This document shows, one piece after another, positions 22,890-37,000 of a stretch of 64,000 bases of DNA. Source of the DNA: Anthoceros angustus (lineage: Eukaryota; Plantae; Anthocerotophyta); NCBI GenBank assembly GCA_010909165.1, contig MU008164.1, positions 806,001 to 870,000 of the forward strand. The letters run 5' to 3'. The notes beneath the pieces are model-generated. The model did no database searches and was not told where the DNA came from. It saw only the letters and a program-made list of their open reading frames with translations. A program made the translations under genes and the position numbers. Positions within the stretch are counted from its first letter, which is position 1. Each line of letters starts with the position of its first letter.

Positions 22890-25800
22890 CAGAGTCCTCA
22901 GGAGGTGCTTGGCGGATAAGGATCTGCATGAGGCTAGTGCACAAAGAGAATGCCAGCCATGCGCTCCTTTGTCTTCCTGTCTTCCTGCATAACCGTTGCT
23001 GCAGAGCCTTTCCCAACTATAGTATCTTGCCACAGCGAACAGGGTGGACAAGAAGAGCCCCGGCATCCCGACTTCAGGCACAAGACCTCCAGGGAGCCGC
23101 TGTGGCTCGACAACACCCTTAAGCCAGCTTGGGTGGACTGCAGCTGGCCAGGTGGGGTGTTGCGGTGACAGGGGTGAGGAAGGAGAGGGAGGAGGCTTCG
23201 AAATCGGAAGTGGAAGCCTTGAAACGGTGCGAGGATGCGGTGCTGAGTGAGGCTGTTGAAGCCTTGGAGCTGCTGGTACAGCAGGGTGTCATGTTACTGT
23301 TGCTGTATTGTACAGAGTCCTCAGGAGGTGCTTGGCGGATAAGGATCTTGGATGTGGTAGGCGTGTTCATGCTCTGGCTGTGGAATGTGGGTTCCAGTCC
23401 AATGCATATTTGGCCACACAGATCATCAGGATGTATGCTGCTCATGGCAAGTTGGAGGACGCAGTGCAGGTGTTCACCAAGGTGAGCAGGCCCGACCTCT
23501 ACGTGTGGTCGTCCATTATCCTGGCGCATGCTCGGCTTGGACAGCCCTCGCAGGCTGTCAGCCTTTACAAGCAGATGCGAGCAGGAGTGTGAAGCCGGAT
23601 AATAGGATTTTCGTGGCAGCCCTGAAGGCTTGTGCCGAGGCCGAGGACCTGGATTCTGGGAAACAGGTGCATGCTGATATCCCGGCAAGTGCTGTGAAGG
23701 GGATGTGTTTGTTGCCACCAGCCTGGTGAACATGTATGCTAAATGTGGGAGCTTGGAGGCTCGAAAGTGTTTGACAGCCTACCCACGAGGAACGTGGTGA
23801 CATGGAATGCGATCATAGCAGGATATAGTCAGCAGGGTCTGGGAGGAGAAGCACTGGCATTGTATGAGGTATGCGACAGGAAGGCATGGTGGTAGCAGAT
23901 CATGTGACATTTCCCTTCTTCAAGCTTGTGCCAGTGTGCCATCGCTGAATCAGGGAGGGCGATTCACTTACAGGTTCGTGGGAGAGGGTTGGAAGGCGAT
24001 GCAGTCATTGGTAACTCCTTGGTGAATATGTATGCGAAATGTGGGAGCTTGGTGGATGCTCGAAGTCTTTGATCAGTTTGCCCAGGAGATGTGGTGACAT
24101 GGAATTCCATGAGTATACCCAGCAGGGACTCGGTAGAGAAGCCCTGGCTTTGTATGAAAGTATGCAGCTCGAGGTGTAACCCGGGTGACCATGTTACATT
24201 TTTGTGTCTCGTTCAAGCATGCACGAGTGTGGGAGCTTGGAGGAGGCTTCGAAATCGGAAGTGGAAGCCTTGGAGCTGCCATTGCTGCCACCAGCCTGGT
24301 GAACATGTATGCTAAATGTGGGAGCTCTGCAGCAGGGAAGGAGATCCACTTACAGATTCAGGCACAAGACCTCCAGGGAGCCGCTGTGGCTCGACAACAC
24401 CCTTAAGCCAGCTTGGGTGACAAATCTTGCCCGCCAGCAAGGGAACGCCCTTGCTCCTGACCAACATTCCTCGCAGCCTGATAAGGGGTTGAGAAGATAG
24501 TACTCAAAGCACTCCTTGTTGCATTGGGAATGTGTGGTTATTGCTTTAACAATATGTCAATTGCTTGTGTACTCAGAGCCGGATTAATAGTCTTCATCCT
24601 CCTCATATTCGTCGTTCTTATCATAGTGCAAGCGATACTTGTATGGCTCATTAGCCCCAACATCTTCCACACGCCCACCACTTTGAGGTCAGGAAGCTGG
24701 GCCAGGTTTGGGCGAATTCCGGATGTGAGTTCCGGCCTACCAGGCAACAGGCCAGGAGGTTCAGGAGACTGCAATCAGCGGCCAGGGGGCAGCAGGGGCT
24801 GCAAAGGTGAAGGCATCAGTCAGTCAGAAAGAACGGCAGGAGCTCCTGTGGCAACATCTGTTTTCGGACCCTTCGGTATGGTGGGACAACAGGGTGGACA
24901 AGAAGAGCCCCAGCATCCCGACTTCAGGCACAAGACCTCCAGGGAGCCGCTGTGGCTCGACAACACCCTTAAGCCAGCTTGGGTGGACTCCAGCTGGCCA
25001 GGTGGGGTGTTGCGGTGACAGGGGTGAGGAAGGAGAGGGAGGAGGCTTCGAAATCGGAAGTGGAAGCCTTGAGGGACAGTGCGAGGATGCGGTGCTGAGT
25101 GAGGCTGTTGAAGCCTTGGAGCTGCTGGTACAGCAGGGTGTCATGTTACTGTTGCTGTATTGTACAGAGTCCTCAGGAGGCGGATAAGGATCTTGGATGT
25201 GGTAGGCGTGTTCATGCTCTGGCTGTGGAATGTGGGTTCCAGTCCAATGCATATTTGGCCACACAGATCATCAGGATGTATGCTGCTCATGGCAAGTTGG
25301 AGGACGCAGTGCAGGTGTTCACCAAGGTGAGCAGGCCCGACCTCTACGTGTGGTCGTCCATTATCCTGGCACATGCTCGGCTTGGACAGCCCTCGCAGGC
25401 TGTCAGCCTTTACAAGCAGATGCGAGCAGGAGTGTGAGCCGGATAATAGGATTTTCGTGGCAGCCCTGAAGGTCTGCCGAGGACCTGGATTCTGGGAAAC
25501 AGGTGCATGCTGATATCCCGGCAAGTGCTGTGAAGGGGATGTGTTTGTTGCCACCAGCCTGGTGAACATGTATGCTAAATGTGGGAGCTTGGAGGCTCGA
25601 AAGTGTTTGACAGCCTACCCACGAGGAACGTGGTGACATGGAATGCGATCATAGCAGGATATAGTCAGCAGGGTCTGGGAGGAGAAGCACTGGCATTGTA
25701 TGCGACGGGAAGGCATGGTGGTAGCAGATCATCGCATTCGTTTCCCTTCTTCAAGCTTGTGCCAGTGTGCCATCGCTGAATCAGGGAGGGCGATTCACTT

Positions 25801-26400
25801 ACAGGTTCGTGGGAGAGGGTTGGAAGGCGATGCAGTCATTGGTAACTCCTTGGTGAATATGTATGCGAAATGTGGGAGCTTGGATGCTCGAAGTCTTTGA
25901 TCAGTTTGCCCAGGAGATGTGGTGACATGGAATTCCATGATAGCAGGGTATACCCAGCAGGGACTCGGAGAAGCCCTGGCTTTGTATAAGTATGCAGCTC
26001 GAGGGTGTAACCCGGGTGACCATGTTACATTTTTGTGTCTCGTTCAAGCATGCACGAGTGTGGGAGCTCTGCAGCAGGGAAGGAGATCCACTTACAGATT
26101 CAGGAAAGAGGTCTCGAACCTGATGTTCTCATTGGCAACTGCCTGGTCAGTATGTATGCTAAATGTGGGAGCTTGAAGGAGGCTCAGGAGTCTTTGACAG
26201 TTTGACCAGAAAAGATGTTGTGACGTGGAACTTGGAACAGGCTCACCACTCATGCTCCGCATCCGTTTACAGCAGGACCATCCCCAGGACTCTCTTTGGC
26301 GTTACCGGCTCATCAACCACGTTATCTGACTCCTGCAAGACAGTGAAAGCAAGCATTGAGGCCAGGCTGGGTGTCATTTGAACATGATGGGCAAGTTGGA
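22890..26400 (+). repeat. Scrambled, indel-rich patchwork of PPR gene 19106-22028 fragments and BRF1 3' fragments
   Basis: Two degraded PPR copies (~23040-24250 and ~24660-26230), short shuffled PPR pieces (24240-24420), and inserts matching 28640-28900 (at 24420-24665) and 28995-29150 (at 26221-26378). The joins are 8-10 bp microhomologies. Confidence 0.8.
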
Positions 26401-27391
26401 AACGGCCTCGTGGACATGTATGCTAAGTGTGGAGCTTGGAGGATGCTGTCAGGTGTTTCACAGTTTACCCAGAAGAGATGTGGTGACATGGACTGCCATG
26501 CTCAATGGGTATGCTGTACATAGCGACGGCCCGATGGCAATACAGTGCTTTGAAAAGATGCTGCAGCAAGGAATCATCCCAGATGAGACGACTTTTCTAT
26601 GTCTCTTAGTGGCATGCAGTCATGCGGGCCTGGTGCAGGAGGGCCAGAGGTATTTCAGGATGATGGAGAAATACGGGACTGTGCCCAATAACTATCACTA
26701 CAGTTGCATGGTTGATCTCCTTGGCCGGTCAGGCCAACTAGACGAGGCTGAGAATATGTTGGAAAACGAGTCTGTTGTGAAGGACAGTGTGGCCTGGACA
26801 GCTCTACTGAGTGCCTGCAAGGGCTATGGCGATCTTGAGCGAGGAAGGCGATGCTTCGACCGACTTGTAGCATTGGATCCTAAAGATGCAAGCCCCTACG
26901 TCCTTTTGGGAACCATCTATGCAAGTGCGGGCAGGTGGGATGATGTGGACAGGGTTGAGAGTTTAAGGAAGGCAGCAGGTGCGCTGAAGAAGCCTGCAAA
27001 AGCATGCATTGAAGTAGATAGAGAAGTCCACGAGTTCACAGTAGGAGAAGATAGGACCGACATTTCGGCAACGCTGAGGAGCGTGAACATTAGGTTGAAG
27101 GAGGAAGGGGGCCATGTGCCTCAAACAGAGCTTGTGTTGAAGCCTGTCTCTGAGCAGGAGAAGGAGGATGCTCTGTGCGGACATGCAGAGAAGTTGGCTT
27201 TGGCATATGGTCTGCTGAACACACCGGACGGCACAACGTTGTTAGTCACCAAGAATCTGCGAATGTGCAATGACTGCCATAGCAGCACAAAGGTCATGTC
27301 CCGTCTTGAGAGGCGAGAGATCGTTGTGAGAGACGGACATCGAGTTCATCGTTTTGTGGATGGCTCTTGCTCGTGCGGAGATCGGCATTAA
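26378..27391 (+). pseudogene. C-terminal duplicate of the PPR-DYW:KP gene (P2-L2-S2-E1-E2-DYW:KP in frame)
   Basis: ORF 26378..27391 reads continuously ...KKPAKACIEV...EGGHVPQTELVLK...CGHAEKLA...MCNDCH...CSCGDRH*. It is near-identical to 21010-22028. Confidence 0.8.
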
Positions 27392-28260
27392 CCCCGGCGT
27401 GGTGTCTGGTGTCCTCGGATTTCCTTCAGAAAAAGTCGTTGAAATGCTTGCATCGTGATGATGCTATCCATGTCCTTGATGGAATTATTCTGAGAACTTG
27501 ACCAACGGAAGATGCTCGCCTCGCGCTTCAATGAAGCCATTCCATACGGCAATCGGAGAAGGATGGAGACTGTGAGGGACCTGAACGGGGAGCAATAGGG
27601 CGCGACAAGGCCTTCGAGCAGGCAGTTTGCGCTCATGCCTGCACCGTCGGGGCGTCTAGGGCCTCATCACGACCGCACAGGCTTACTCTTTCTTACTAAG
27701 AAACAAATGTGAAGTGACACAAATTTTAGTGATCTAAAAACTCACTCAGGTTATGGCGGTGAGAAGCGGCATTAACCTATCAAACCAAAACCAGGCACAG
27801 CCGACCAACACGCTCGTGTGCGGGTGAGGACTTGGGAAGCGCAAATGAGCTTGCACGGTAAGTAGAATTTATTAGAACCGCTTTAATAATCGGATATTAA
27901 GAACACTTACCCGTCATGAAATTACACTCCCGGTGGTGTGCTTCTTCTCGGCCGACATCCTGATGGCTGATCGTGAAAGCTACAATCTCTTCTATAGAAC
28001 ATACCGCATCGCAGGTACATCCACATGCGGTCTTGTTGTGCCGTGCATGCACATGCTGAAAACTCGGCTTTGACATCCACCACAATCTGCGAATTTGCGA
28101 TGACTAACTACCACAGAGCACATAGTTTTGGGAGGGGTTCATCGATGTCTGGATGGCTCTTGCTCTTGCGGAGATAGGCTTTAGACAGCATGCACAGGAC
28201 ATTCGAAGCTCAAATGCTACAACGGTGACAAGGTAAGCACAAGAATCAATATTGTACAAG
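27392..28260. repeat. Direct repeat of 22029-22890 (PPR 3' flank)
   Basis: Near-identical sequence that differs mostly by homopolymer length. Confidence 0.85.
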
Positions 28261-28810
28261 CGCGACAGTATCACATTCTACACGGCAGCCATTAAGGATC
28301 TGCATGAGGCTAGTGCACAAAAAGAGAATGCCAGCCATGCGCTCCCTTTGTCTTCCTGTCTTCCTGCATAACCGTTGCTGCAGAGCCTTTCCCAACTATA
28401 GTATCTTGCCACAGCGAACAGGGTGGAAAGCTATCTATACTCAAGCGACTGAAGCAGGGAGATTAGTGCGGCAATGGGACATGGAGCTCTGGAGACAAGT
28501 CTGCTGCTGAGCACCTTCGTGCTCATAAGTGCAGCTACTGAGACTGGCTGCATTGTTTGCTTGCCGACTTGCATAGCTGAGAGTTTCAATTCCGGAGGGA
28601 CCCTCTCCACCATCTGTTGCTCAGGTCCTGGCTTGGAAGTGACAAATCTTGCCCGCCAGCAAGGGAACGCCCTTGCTCCTGACCAACATTCCTCGCAGCC
28701 TGATAAGGGGGTTGGAGAAGATAGTACTCCAAAGCACTCCCTTGTTGCATTGGGAATGTGTGGTTATTGCTTTTAACAATATGTCAATTGCTTGTGTACT
28801 CAGAGCCGGA

Positions 28811-31800
28811 TTAATAGTCTTCATCCTCCTCATATTCGTCGTTCTTATCATAGTGCAAGCGATACTTGTATGGCTCATTAGCCCCAACATCTTCCACACT
28901 TCCGTCATCATCATCTTCTCCGTCGCTGGGCTGATTCACTGGTTCATCTAAGCTGACCACTGAATGTTCCTGCTCCTTGTCCACTGTGACCCCGGACGTG
29001 GAACTTGGAACAGGCTCACCACTCATGCTCCGCATCCGTTTTACAGCAGGACCATCCCCAGGACTCTCTTTGACGTTACCGGGCTCATCAACCACGTTAT
29101 CTGACTCCTGCAAGACAGTGAAAGCAAGCATTGAGGCCAGGCTGGAGGTGTCATTTGAACATATGCAGAACCAACTGCAAGTAACATTGTAATCCAAGTG
29201 GAGTAAGGTAATGTTACCGGATCAAACAGCTTTGCTAATACATTGTAGTTCACCTTTGAGCTCAATTTCTGCAACCAGAACCAGGACACTTCAGTTGAGC
29301 AACTACACGGGGAAGCTGTCCAGTGCAATTTCCAAAATCCATGATCACCAAATGTCCCGACCTTCCTTTCTAGCATCTGACGTGTGGCTTCAACAGCACT
29401 CTCAGCTGGGACCCTTTTACTCGCATTTTCGGCTCTTTTTTGCTTCCGTTCCTGTTATCAGCGACGGCACAACAGTTGGTGTGACTTTTATTAGCAGAAG
29501 TTGACCGCACAAAATTTAATTCCATGAAAAACGCCCAGAGATTACTTTGGCGTAAGAAGCCAAAGTTGTTAACAGCCTAGGCTAGTAACATGAAACTAGA
29601 AGCTGCAGCAAACGAGGAACAAAGGGCTAACTAGACATCATGCACAAGGCAATTCCATGTAAGCAGAGCCGAGGACAAATTGCACAGAACTCTTTACTGA
29701 CCTTCTTCTGCTTATCAAGTGCTGCAGCCACTGCAGCGGCAAGTTCAGCAGCACTTGCATCATTTGACGCAGCAGCAGCCAAGGCAGCTGCCTGTGCAGC
29801 TTCAGTTTTAGCAAGGGCTGCTGACTTTGCTTCCTGTGCCTGAAGCACACAAAGCACCAAAGCCATTTAGAGAAAGCGCAAACATGCATGACATTAGAAG
29901 AAAAGACACATGGCTGCTCCTCAGCTCTACCCTACTCATGCCTCGAAGCTGCAAAACTATATTTACCTCAAGGTAATCCTTATTCATATGCATCCAAAGC
30001 ACAGTTTTCAGTTTCACCTCTTCCTCGTTAAAGAGATACCCAGTCACCTGTTCATTCGAAACTCAAGTCTGTCAAGAACTAATCGATGTGACATACATAA
30101 CATCCGAACAATACTAGACAGAGAAATTCCGAAGCTTATTCCCAACAGGATTCAACTACTTGGGCTGGTACAAGTACCTCATCGTCGTCAATGTCAGAGA
30201 GAGTTTCATCTGTACCGTTCACAGTCTCATCACCTTCTGCAATTTTGGTCTGATGGACATCACAAGGGCCAAAACTACCCAACTCTCCAGCCTCATTTCT
30301 CCTCTCACAATTACAAGTATGTTCTCTAGAATCTGGAGCGCAAGCGCCCTTTGCTTCATGCCCAGGTGCTAGACCTTCTGGAGTATCTCTGAGTTCCAGG
30401 GGAAGCTCTCGATTTCCAACTACCTTCAAGTCCTGTCAGAATACACAAGAGAGGTCTTAGGTTACACACAACAATAAGCCTCTACAGTTACTCTTAAGCG
30501 TGGGACATGCTGGCAGCAGTTGGCATTCCAATTCGAGGTGTTCAAGATTGATACACACACATACTATTAAAATTGGCTTCAAGACGCCCCTCCTAGACCA
30601 TTTACCTTCCCATTCTATCAGGACGAGACACAGGCAAGTATCAAAATGAATCTATAAGTTGCCGCCGTTGGGCAGTCACAGTAATCCCACGTACTCCACA
30701 GTGTTGAACATATTGACAGAAAAGTCCTGAAGTCCGCAACTAGATTCTTACCCGGCAAACATCTCGACCAGCGGTTGTTTCTGGGGTTGAATCTTTGATT
30801 CTCATGATCTGCTTAGGCATATTAACAGCATTGTCCTCATCATGAACTTCTGCCACGGTAATGTTCTTACACTGCCCCCTCCGGCTGGTGGCACCAGACC
30901 GGATTTCTGCCTGTTGTTGTGACGTAGATGGTTCTCCTGTCGTGTCAGTGGAAATAGTTGCAAGTTTCAGTCTTTGGGCCTCCTCGGCTTCCTCAGCTTT
31001 TAGACGAAGCTTCTCAGCTCGTTGGAAAGCAGGTGGAGCTGAACCTCCTTGCATACCACCAGAGACACGAACAAACTGCGGCATTGAAAATCACATGCTA
31101 CTACATCAGAAACGTCAATTGTCAAGCACATCCTGCTTTATTAGATTAAATATGTCCAAATCCAGGGCCAGATGACTGCCGGCTTGCAAAGCCGATTGAG
31201 GCAATATATTAGGAAACTGGCGAAACCAGCAAGACCAGTTTCAAACTGTGCCTGTTTGCAGGCATCACAATTTCGGACCACTCCACTTTGAAGCTGAACA
31301 ATATTGGACACAATGACCCACCAGCACAATGGCAAATACAACCAGCACAAGAAGTTACCTCATCATAGCAGGCTCTGCAAAGGCCGTGGGCAAAATGAGC
31401 TGCACCAATCTCCTTGTGTTCACAAAGAATCTCAGTGATGCCACCTGCATTCACAACAGGGATCCCCAGTGTCCTCATCTGGAGCTCAATCTCCTTAGCT
31501 TTAACTTCAAACTCCTCTGCCTGGCATGAGACCGCCCACACAGAATCCAACTCAATCATAGAAAAAATCCACAGCCCTTGTTGCACAAAGTAGACCATGA
31601 ATACTTGACCAAATAATTATTTCATGATAAGAAAACTCACTGTAAGCTGGCCAGATTCTGTGGTCTCAAATTCATCGAGTCGCTTTTTAAGCGTCGCCTC
31701 ACAAATATGGACAACGCTTACCTGCACTCAGAAACACTCAAGTTTCTAAGAAAAGCCCCAACCAATACAGCACAACCCTGCTGATTTAAAAACGTAAGTC

Positions 31801-33537
31801 CTTCTACAATGACACCTTACACCAGCTGGTCATCAAGTATAGAGTGCAAATAGTACCACATCACTCTTGGTGTGCTCAAATCCATGAATATGTGATGATA
31901 TGAATAAAGCTGCTCCACATATTCCACTTGGCCTTCTACCAGTCTGCATATGAGACCCAAACAGTGCAATGCAGCAAACCTTGCTGTTCAGTGTATCTGT
32001 AAGCCAGTTGCCAAGAACTTGACGTCTACTACTCCTTTTTCCCTTCCTATCCTTGAAAAGCATGTCTGGCACCAGACCACTTCAACAACTAAAACACAAA
32101 CCTGCATCCAGTCTCTCTTCATGCTAGCAACAAGTCGTAGAGCTGTGTTTGCAACTGTATGGGTTTTCTTCCCAAAATGCAGTCCTGTGCCCTTGCAATC
32201 AAGTACCACTCCTACTACATCAGATCATTGACTTGTTTAACCTCATGCCTGAGCAGAGAGGGCTGAAACCAGAAGCAACTGCACTTCCTGGGGAGTAATC
32301 TTACGGTCAGCAAATCGATGGATGAACAAGCTTGGATCAACTGGCTTTTGCATGATTGGGTGCTGCTCCAGCCTTAATAATCGACAGAGCTGCAAAAAGA
32401 CAGCCCCTAGCACATACCTGAGATCCCCTTTGCAACACCACACAAACACCACATGGACTCAGAAATTAAGCAGAGCAAATATTTGGAACTTCCAAAAAGG
32501 TGACTCTCCAACAGCATTTTGAGTACAGAAACGTTGCGTGGAACATACACATTGGTTTGTAGACTATCTGAGAAGTCGATGAGCATGTAAGGTTTACTGT
32601 CCTGCCTGCAACATCTAAGCCTCAGAAAAAAGCCTTGACCTTCCACAAGATCAAATTCATCACTTCTCCAAATGCAAACTGTAAGCTCCACAAATCGGGA
32701 AGCCAAGTTTACCGGCATACAATGTATAAACATGCGCCTGCCACTTGATTTGTTCGGCGACCTCTGGTGAAGTTCCTCTCCACTGCTATCTGTAAAGCAC
32801 AACCAAGTGCAAGATGAAAATCAATACAACACCCGAGCAAACAAGATCCACACTGCAAGCAGCCCAAAAGAAAACAGTAGAGAACATGAAATAGCTTACT
32901 GTATACAGCCTGTGTGCTGCATTAATAGCATCCTCTTTTGGTTTTATCTGAAGCCGATCCACAATCTCCACAATTTCCATCCTCCCTGAAATTTGGAGGT
33001 TCAGTAGACAAGTGGAACAAAACAGTTTCTCCAGAATCACAACAACGCAAGCAACAAATCCAGAGCAGCAAATCCACGCAGATTTTCACCTTTCCCCAAA
33101 GTCTTCTCATGTGAATCTGAATGGGATCCAAAGGTGCGTCCTCCCAGTCGTCCAATGCTGCCTTGCTGCGAATCTCTCACAAAATTCCCGTCCGCTTGGC
33201 TCTACCAGAACAAGAGAAAGGAATCACACCAACGAATTCCGAACAAAAAGATGACTCCACCTCAACCCAGAGCTCCCAAAGGTCCAAACCTGCCCGGCAG
33301 CAGTCTTCGAAAAAGTGACATCCGAGGAGTAAACATTATCATCCAGAACCCGCCCGCAGCCAGTGCAGCATCTGGTACCCGAAATGAAACAGCAAGGTCA
33401 CCACGAACCCCAAGACAGAAAAACAAAACAATAGCCACAAAAAGAGGCTGCAGCACTGAAGGAAGAGCTCACGTGAAGCCATTAATCTCGTCCCGCTCGG
33501 TGACGACCACTTTGCCGCACGAGCTGCACCAGCCCAT
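28811..33537 (-). CDS. BRF1: TFIIIB subunit BRF1 (TFIIB-related factor), multi-exon
   Basis: Zn ribbon MGWCSSCGK...|CCTGCGRVLDDNVYSSDVTFSK, SQADGNFV, cyclin folds (LIDFSDSLQTNVYVLGAVFLQLCRLL, VDPSLFIHRFA, SMKRDWMQ|TGRRPSGICGAALFIS), HFAHGLCRACY, GGSAPPAFQRAE, ETLSDIDDDEV, LWMHMNKDYLE, SSKVNYNVL and an acidic C-terminus. Confidence 0.93.
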
Positions 33538-34089
33538 GGGAACCGAGGACCCGGCCCAGCTGAAAACGCGACTCGAGCAGCTACACGTCTTTCAGCTCCA
33601 ACCTCGGGCCGTCAGGATCCCGAACACCCGCCCCCCATTTGCTGACCACCAAAAACGCAATCTCAACATCATCTGTGACAGAGTGTTGCACCATCTCCAC
33701 ACATCGCCCAGGAAGCGTCCTGGAGGTCACCGTGAGAGCAAACAGCAGGGCCCCGAGACCATCGTGGCGACATGCAGCACGGTGAGCGAATTCGAGCTCG
33801 GAGGGAAGGATTCTAGCAGGGCTCGCCTGGTAGGATGCGCATCCGAGATTTATTTACCTATTTTCTGATTCAGAGTAAATAAAACAAAAAAGCAAGTAGC
33901 TCTTCAGCTGAGAGAGAAGTTGTATGCACAGGTATATATAGGGATGCACGTGAGAGATATGTTGCTTCACGACGGAGAAGGGTGGTGGAGAATCGAAGCA
34001 GCAGTGTAGGAAACAAATTAGGTCAGCTGAGCCAGCGGTGCGATTGCCGGCAGCTTCGTCTCCAGCTGCAGGAACACTGACTGGAGGCG

Positions 34090-37000
34090 ATGGGGGGCGA
34101 CAAGGCTCAATCCAATGCTGCTGCTCCAGGGAAGAAGAAGGGAGCGTCGAAGGGATCCAAGGGAGCGCGGGACGAGGCTGATGAGATCGGGGACGACGGA
34201 GTTGTTGCTGACAAGGTTGTGCCCGGAGGAAAGAAGAAGGGGAAAGGGAAGAAGGGATCCAGGCAGGCTTTCGACGATGATGATTATTTTATCGAGCCGG
34301 AGGCCGGATCTGGTAATTCCAAGGCGACCATGGGAGAAAAGCAGGTGCCTGTTAATGAAATTTTGGTAGGTAATGAGGTTGGGATTGACAGGACGCGGGA
34401 GCAGTTGAATGGTGAGGAGACGGGGAAGGATGTGACGGATGAGGTCGCATTCACGGGTAAGAAGAAGGCCAAGGGGAAGGGGAAGAAGACTGCTTCCTAC
34501 AAGCAACTGCAAGACTTTGATGAGGACTTTGCGCCGGATGAGGAGGTTGGACGATTCGGCGTTGTGGAGGAGTTGCCAGTGGTAGAGGAGGCTGAAATTT
34601 TGCCGGAGGTAGTAGATGAGGTAGTGTTTTCGGGGAAGAAGAAGAGTAAAGGGAAGAAGAGCTCGGTGCAGGTGCCGGATTCCGAGTTCTTGGTAGACAC
34701 TTCAGTTTATGCTTACGGTTTGGAGTATGAAGCAGCCGTTTTGTCGGATGCGGAAGAGCCAATTCTCTTTACGGGAAAGAAGAAGGCGAAAAAGGGGAAG
34801 AAGGAAAAGGTGGTGGTGAATGATGATGAGTACGCTGTGCCTGCCGATTCTGACGCTGTTTTGGACTCTGAAGCCCCGGAGGAGCCTGCGGTCTCTCCGG
34901 TGGCTGATAGTAAAACTGTTCCTCCCCCGGAGATGGGGGAGGATGACATTCTGCAAGCTGATGGGAAGAAGAGCAAAAAAGGGAAAAAGGGAGGCAAGGC
35001 GCAAGCTTATGAGGAGATTAATGCTGTTCTGGCTAAGCTGGAGGCTCCCAAGGTTCAAGCCCCAAAGGCTAGTGTGGATCCTGTCGTCCAGTCTGAGGCT
35101 GAGCCTCCACAGGTCTCAAGTTCATCAGCCTCTTCAAAGAAGAAGCAAAAGAAGGCCACGAAAAAGAGTGGGAGAACTGCGCAGGAGGAGAAGGATCTGT
35201 TTTCCATACTTATAGAATTGGATGGACCGGTAGTGGATAGAACCCCGGAAGCACCGGCTCCTGTTTCTGAGGCTGCATCTGCCGAGGATGCCAAACAGGA
35301 GTCAGTTGATGTCACTGCATCAGCACCCGTTGAGAGCACCACGGAAGTAGAAGAGGCTGTGCAGTCAGCAGCTGCCAAGAAGAAAAAGAAGAAAAAGGAA
35401 AAGGAGAAAGCAAAAGCAGCTGGGACTGACAAACAAGCTGAAGCAGCAGAAGAAACCAAAGTAGTCAAAGAAGAGTCAAAGGCTAAGGTACCTGATAAGA
35501 AATTGCCAAAACATGTGCGTGAAATGCAAGAGCGCCTGGCGCGAATGAAGGAGCTTGAAGAAAAGAGAAGGCAAGAAGAAGAAGAGAGACGTCGAAAAGA
35601 AGAAGAGGAACAAGCAAGGCTGGAAGAATTGGAGAGGCAGAAGGAGGAGGCCAAACGAAGGCGCAAGGAGCGAGAAAAAGAGAAGCTCTTGCAGAAGAAG
35701 AAAGAGGGGAAGCTGCTGAATGAGAAGCAGAAACAGGAGCAGAGACGGTTAGCAGCCATGAGAGAGCAGTTTATTGCTCAGACTGGGGGTCCTTTAGGTG
35801 ACGATTTAGCTTCTGAGGAAGTGAAGGCGAGACCCAAACCCAAATACGAGACAAAAAAGAAAAAACGCCCTAGTGCAGCTCAGACTGACAGCTCACTAGA
35901 TGTTGACACACCTGCAGTACCTGAGGTTCAAGAGGTTGAGGTAGATGCTACTTTGGAGCTGCCACAAGTGCCAGAGGAAGTGGTTGAGCCAGAAGAGCCT
36001 TTGAAGGAGGAGGAGCAGGAGGAGGAAGAGGAACAGGAGCAGGAGCACGAGGAGGAGGAGGAGGAGGATGAGGAGGAGGAGGAGGACTGGGATGCTAAGA
36101 GCTGGGAGCAAGAAGTTGCTCTTCCTGTTATAAAATCAGCGTTTGCAGAAGAAGAAGAAGAAGACTCTAGCTCTACCACAAGTGGAAAGCTGTCGAGGGC
36201 CCTTTCTAGGCAAGATTCTAGCAGGTCTTCTGTTTCACGGCAGGACTCAGTGAGCAGTGTCCCTTCCAAGCCACCAGCAGGGCCGCCCAAGGCCTCACCA
36301 GTGAAAGTGAAGCCTGGACTGCAACAGCAGAAAGAGAGTGAAAATGAAGGTGAAACCGACAGTGAAGATGAAACTGAGAGCGAGGAAGAAGATGCAGACG
36401 TGAAGAGGAGACAAGATGCCAAAGCAAAACGAGAGGCTAGGAAAGCAGAAGCTCTGACTAAGCGGAGTGCAGAAGATCTGAGGTCACCAATCTGCTGTAT
36501 TCTTGGCCACGTCGATACAGGGAAGACAAAATTGCTCGATTGTATCCGAAGGACAAATGTTCAAGAAGGAGAGGCTGGTGGGATCACTCAGCAGATTGGA
36601 GCCACTTATTTCCCCATGGAAAACATCCGAGAGAGAACAAAAGAAATACAGTCTCAGGCTAAACTTCGAGTACCAGGCTTGCTTGTGATTGACACACCAG
36701 GCCATGAGTCCTTCACGAATCTACGGGCGAGAGGTTCTAGCTTATGTGACATAGCCATTCTGGTGATTGACATTATGCATGGTCTGGAACCACAGACAAT
36801 AGAATCCTTGAATTTGCTGAAATCCCGGAAGACACCATTTGTGGTCGCCTTAAATAAGGTGACAATGCCATTGCCTCTCTGCCCGCATGTTGCACCACAA
36901 GTTCCTTGACAAGACAAGATGGGTGTTACTTCTGGCTTTGCTTTATGCTATTTGTCTCTCATGGTGTGCGACTAGGTTTCTGACCAGTCAAGCTGATGGG

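Noticed and set aside
33134-33868. 244-aa plus-strand ORF
   Set aside because: Antisense to BRF1 exons 1-3 and its introns; low-complexity composition and no motif.
34090-36420. Repeated F(T/S)GKKK motifs and the poly-Glu (GAG)n tract in the eIF5B N-terminus
   Set aside because: A low-complexity charged N-terminus is normal for eIF5B.
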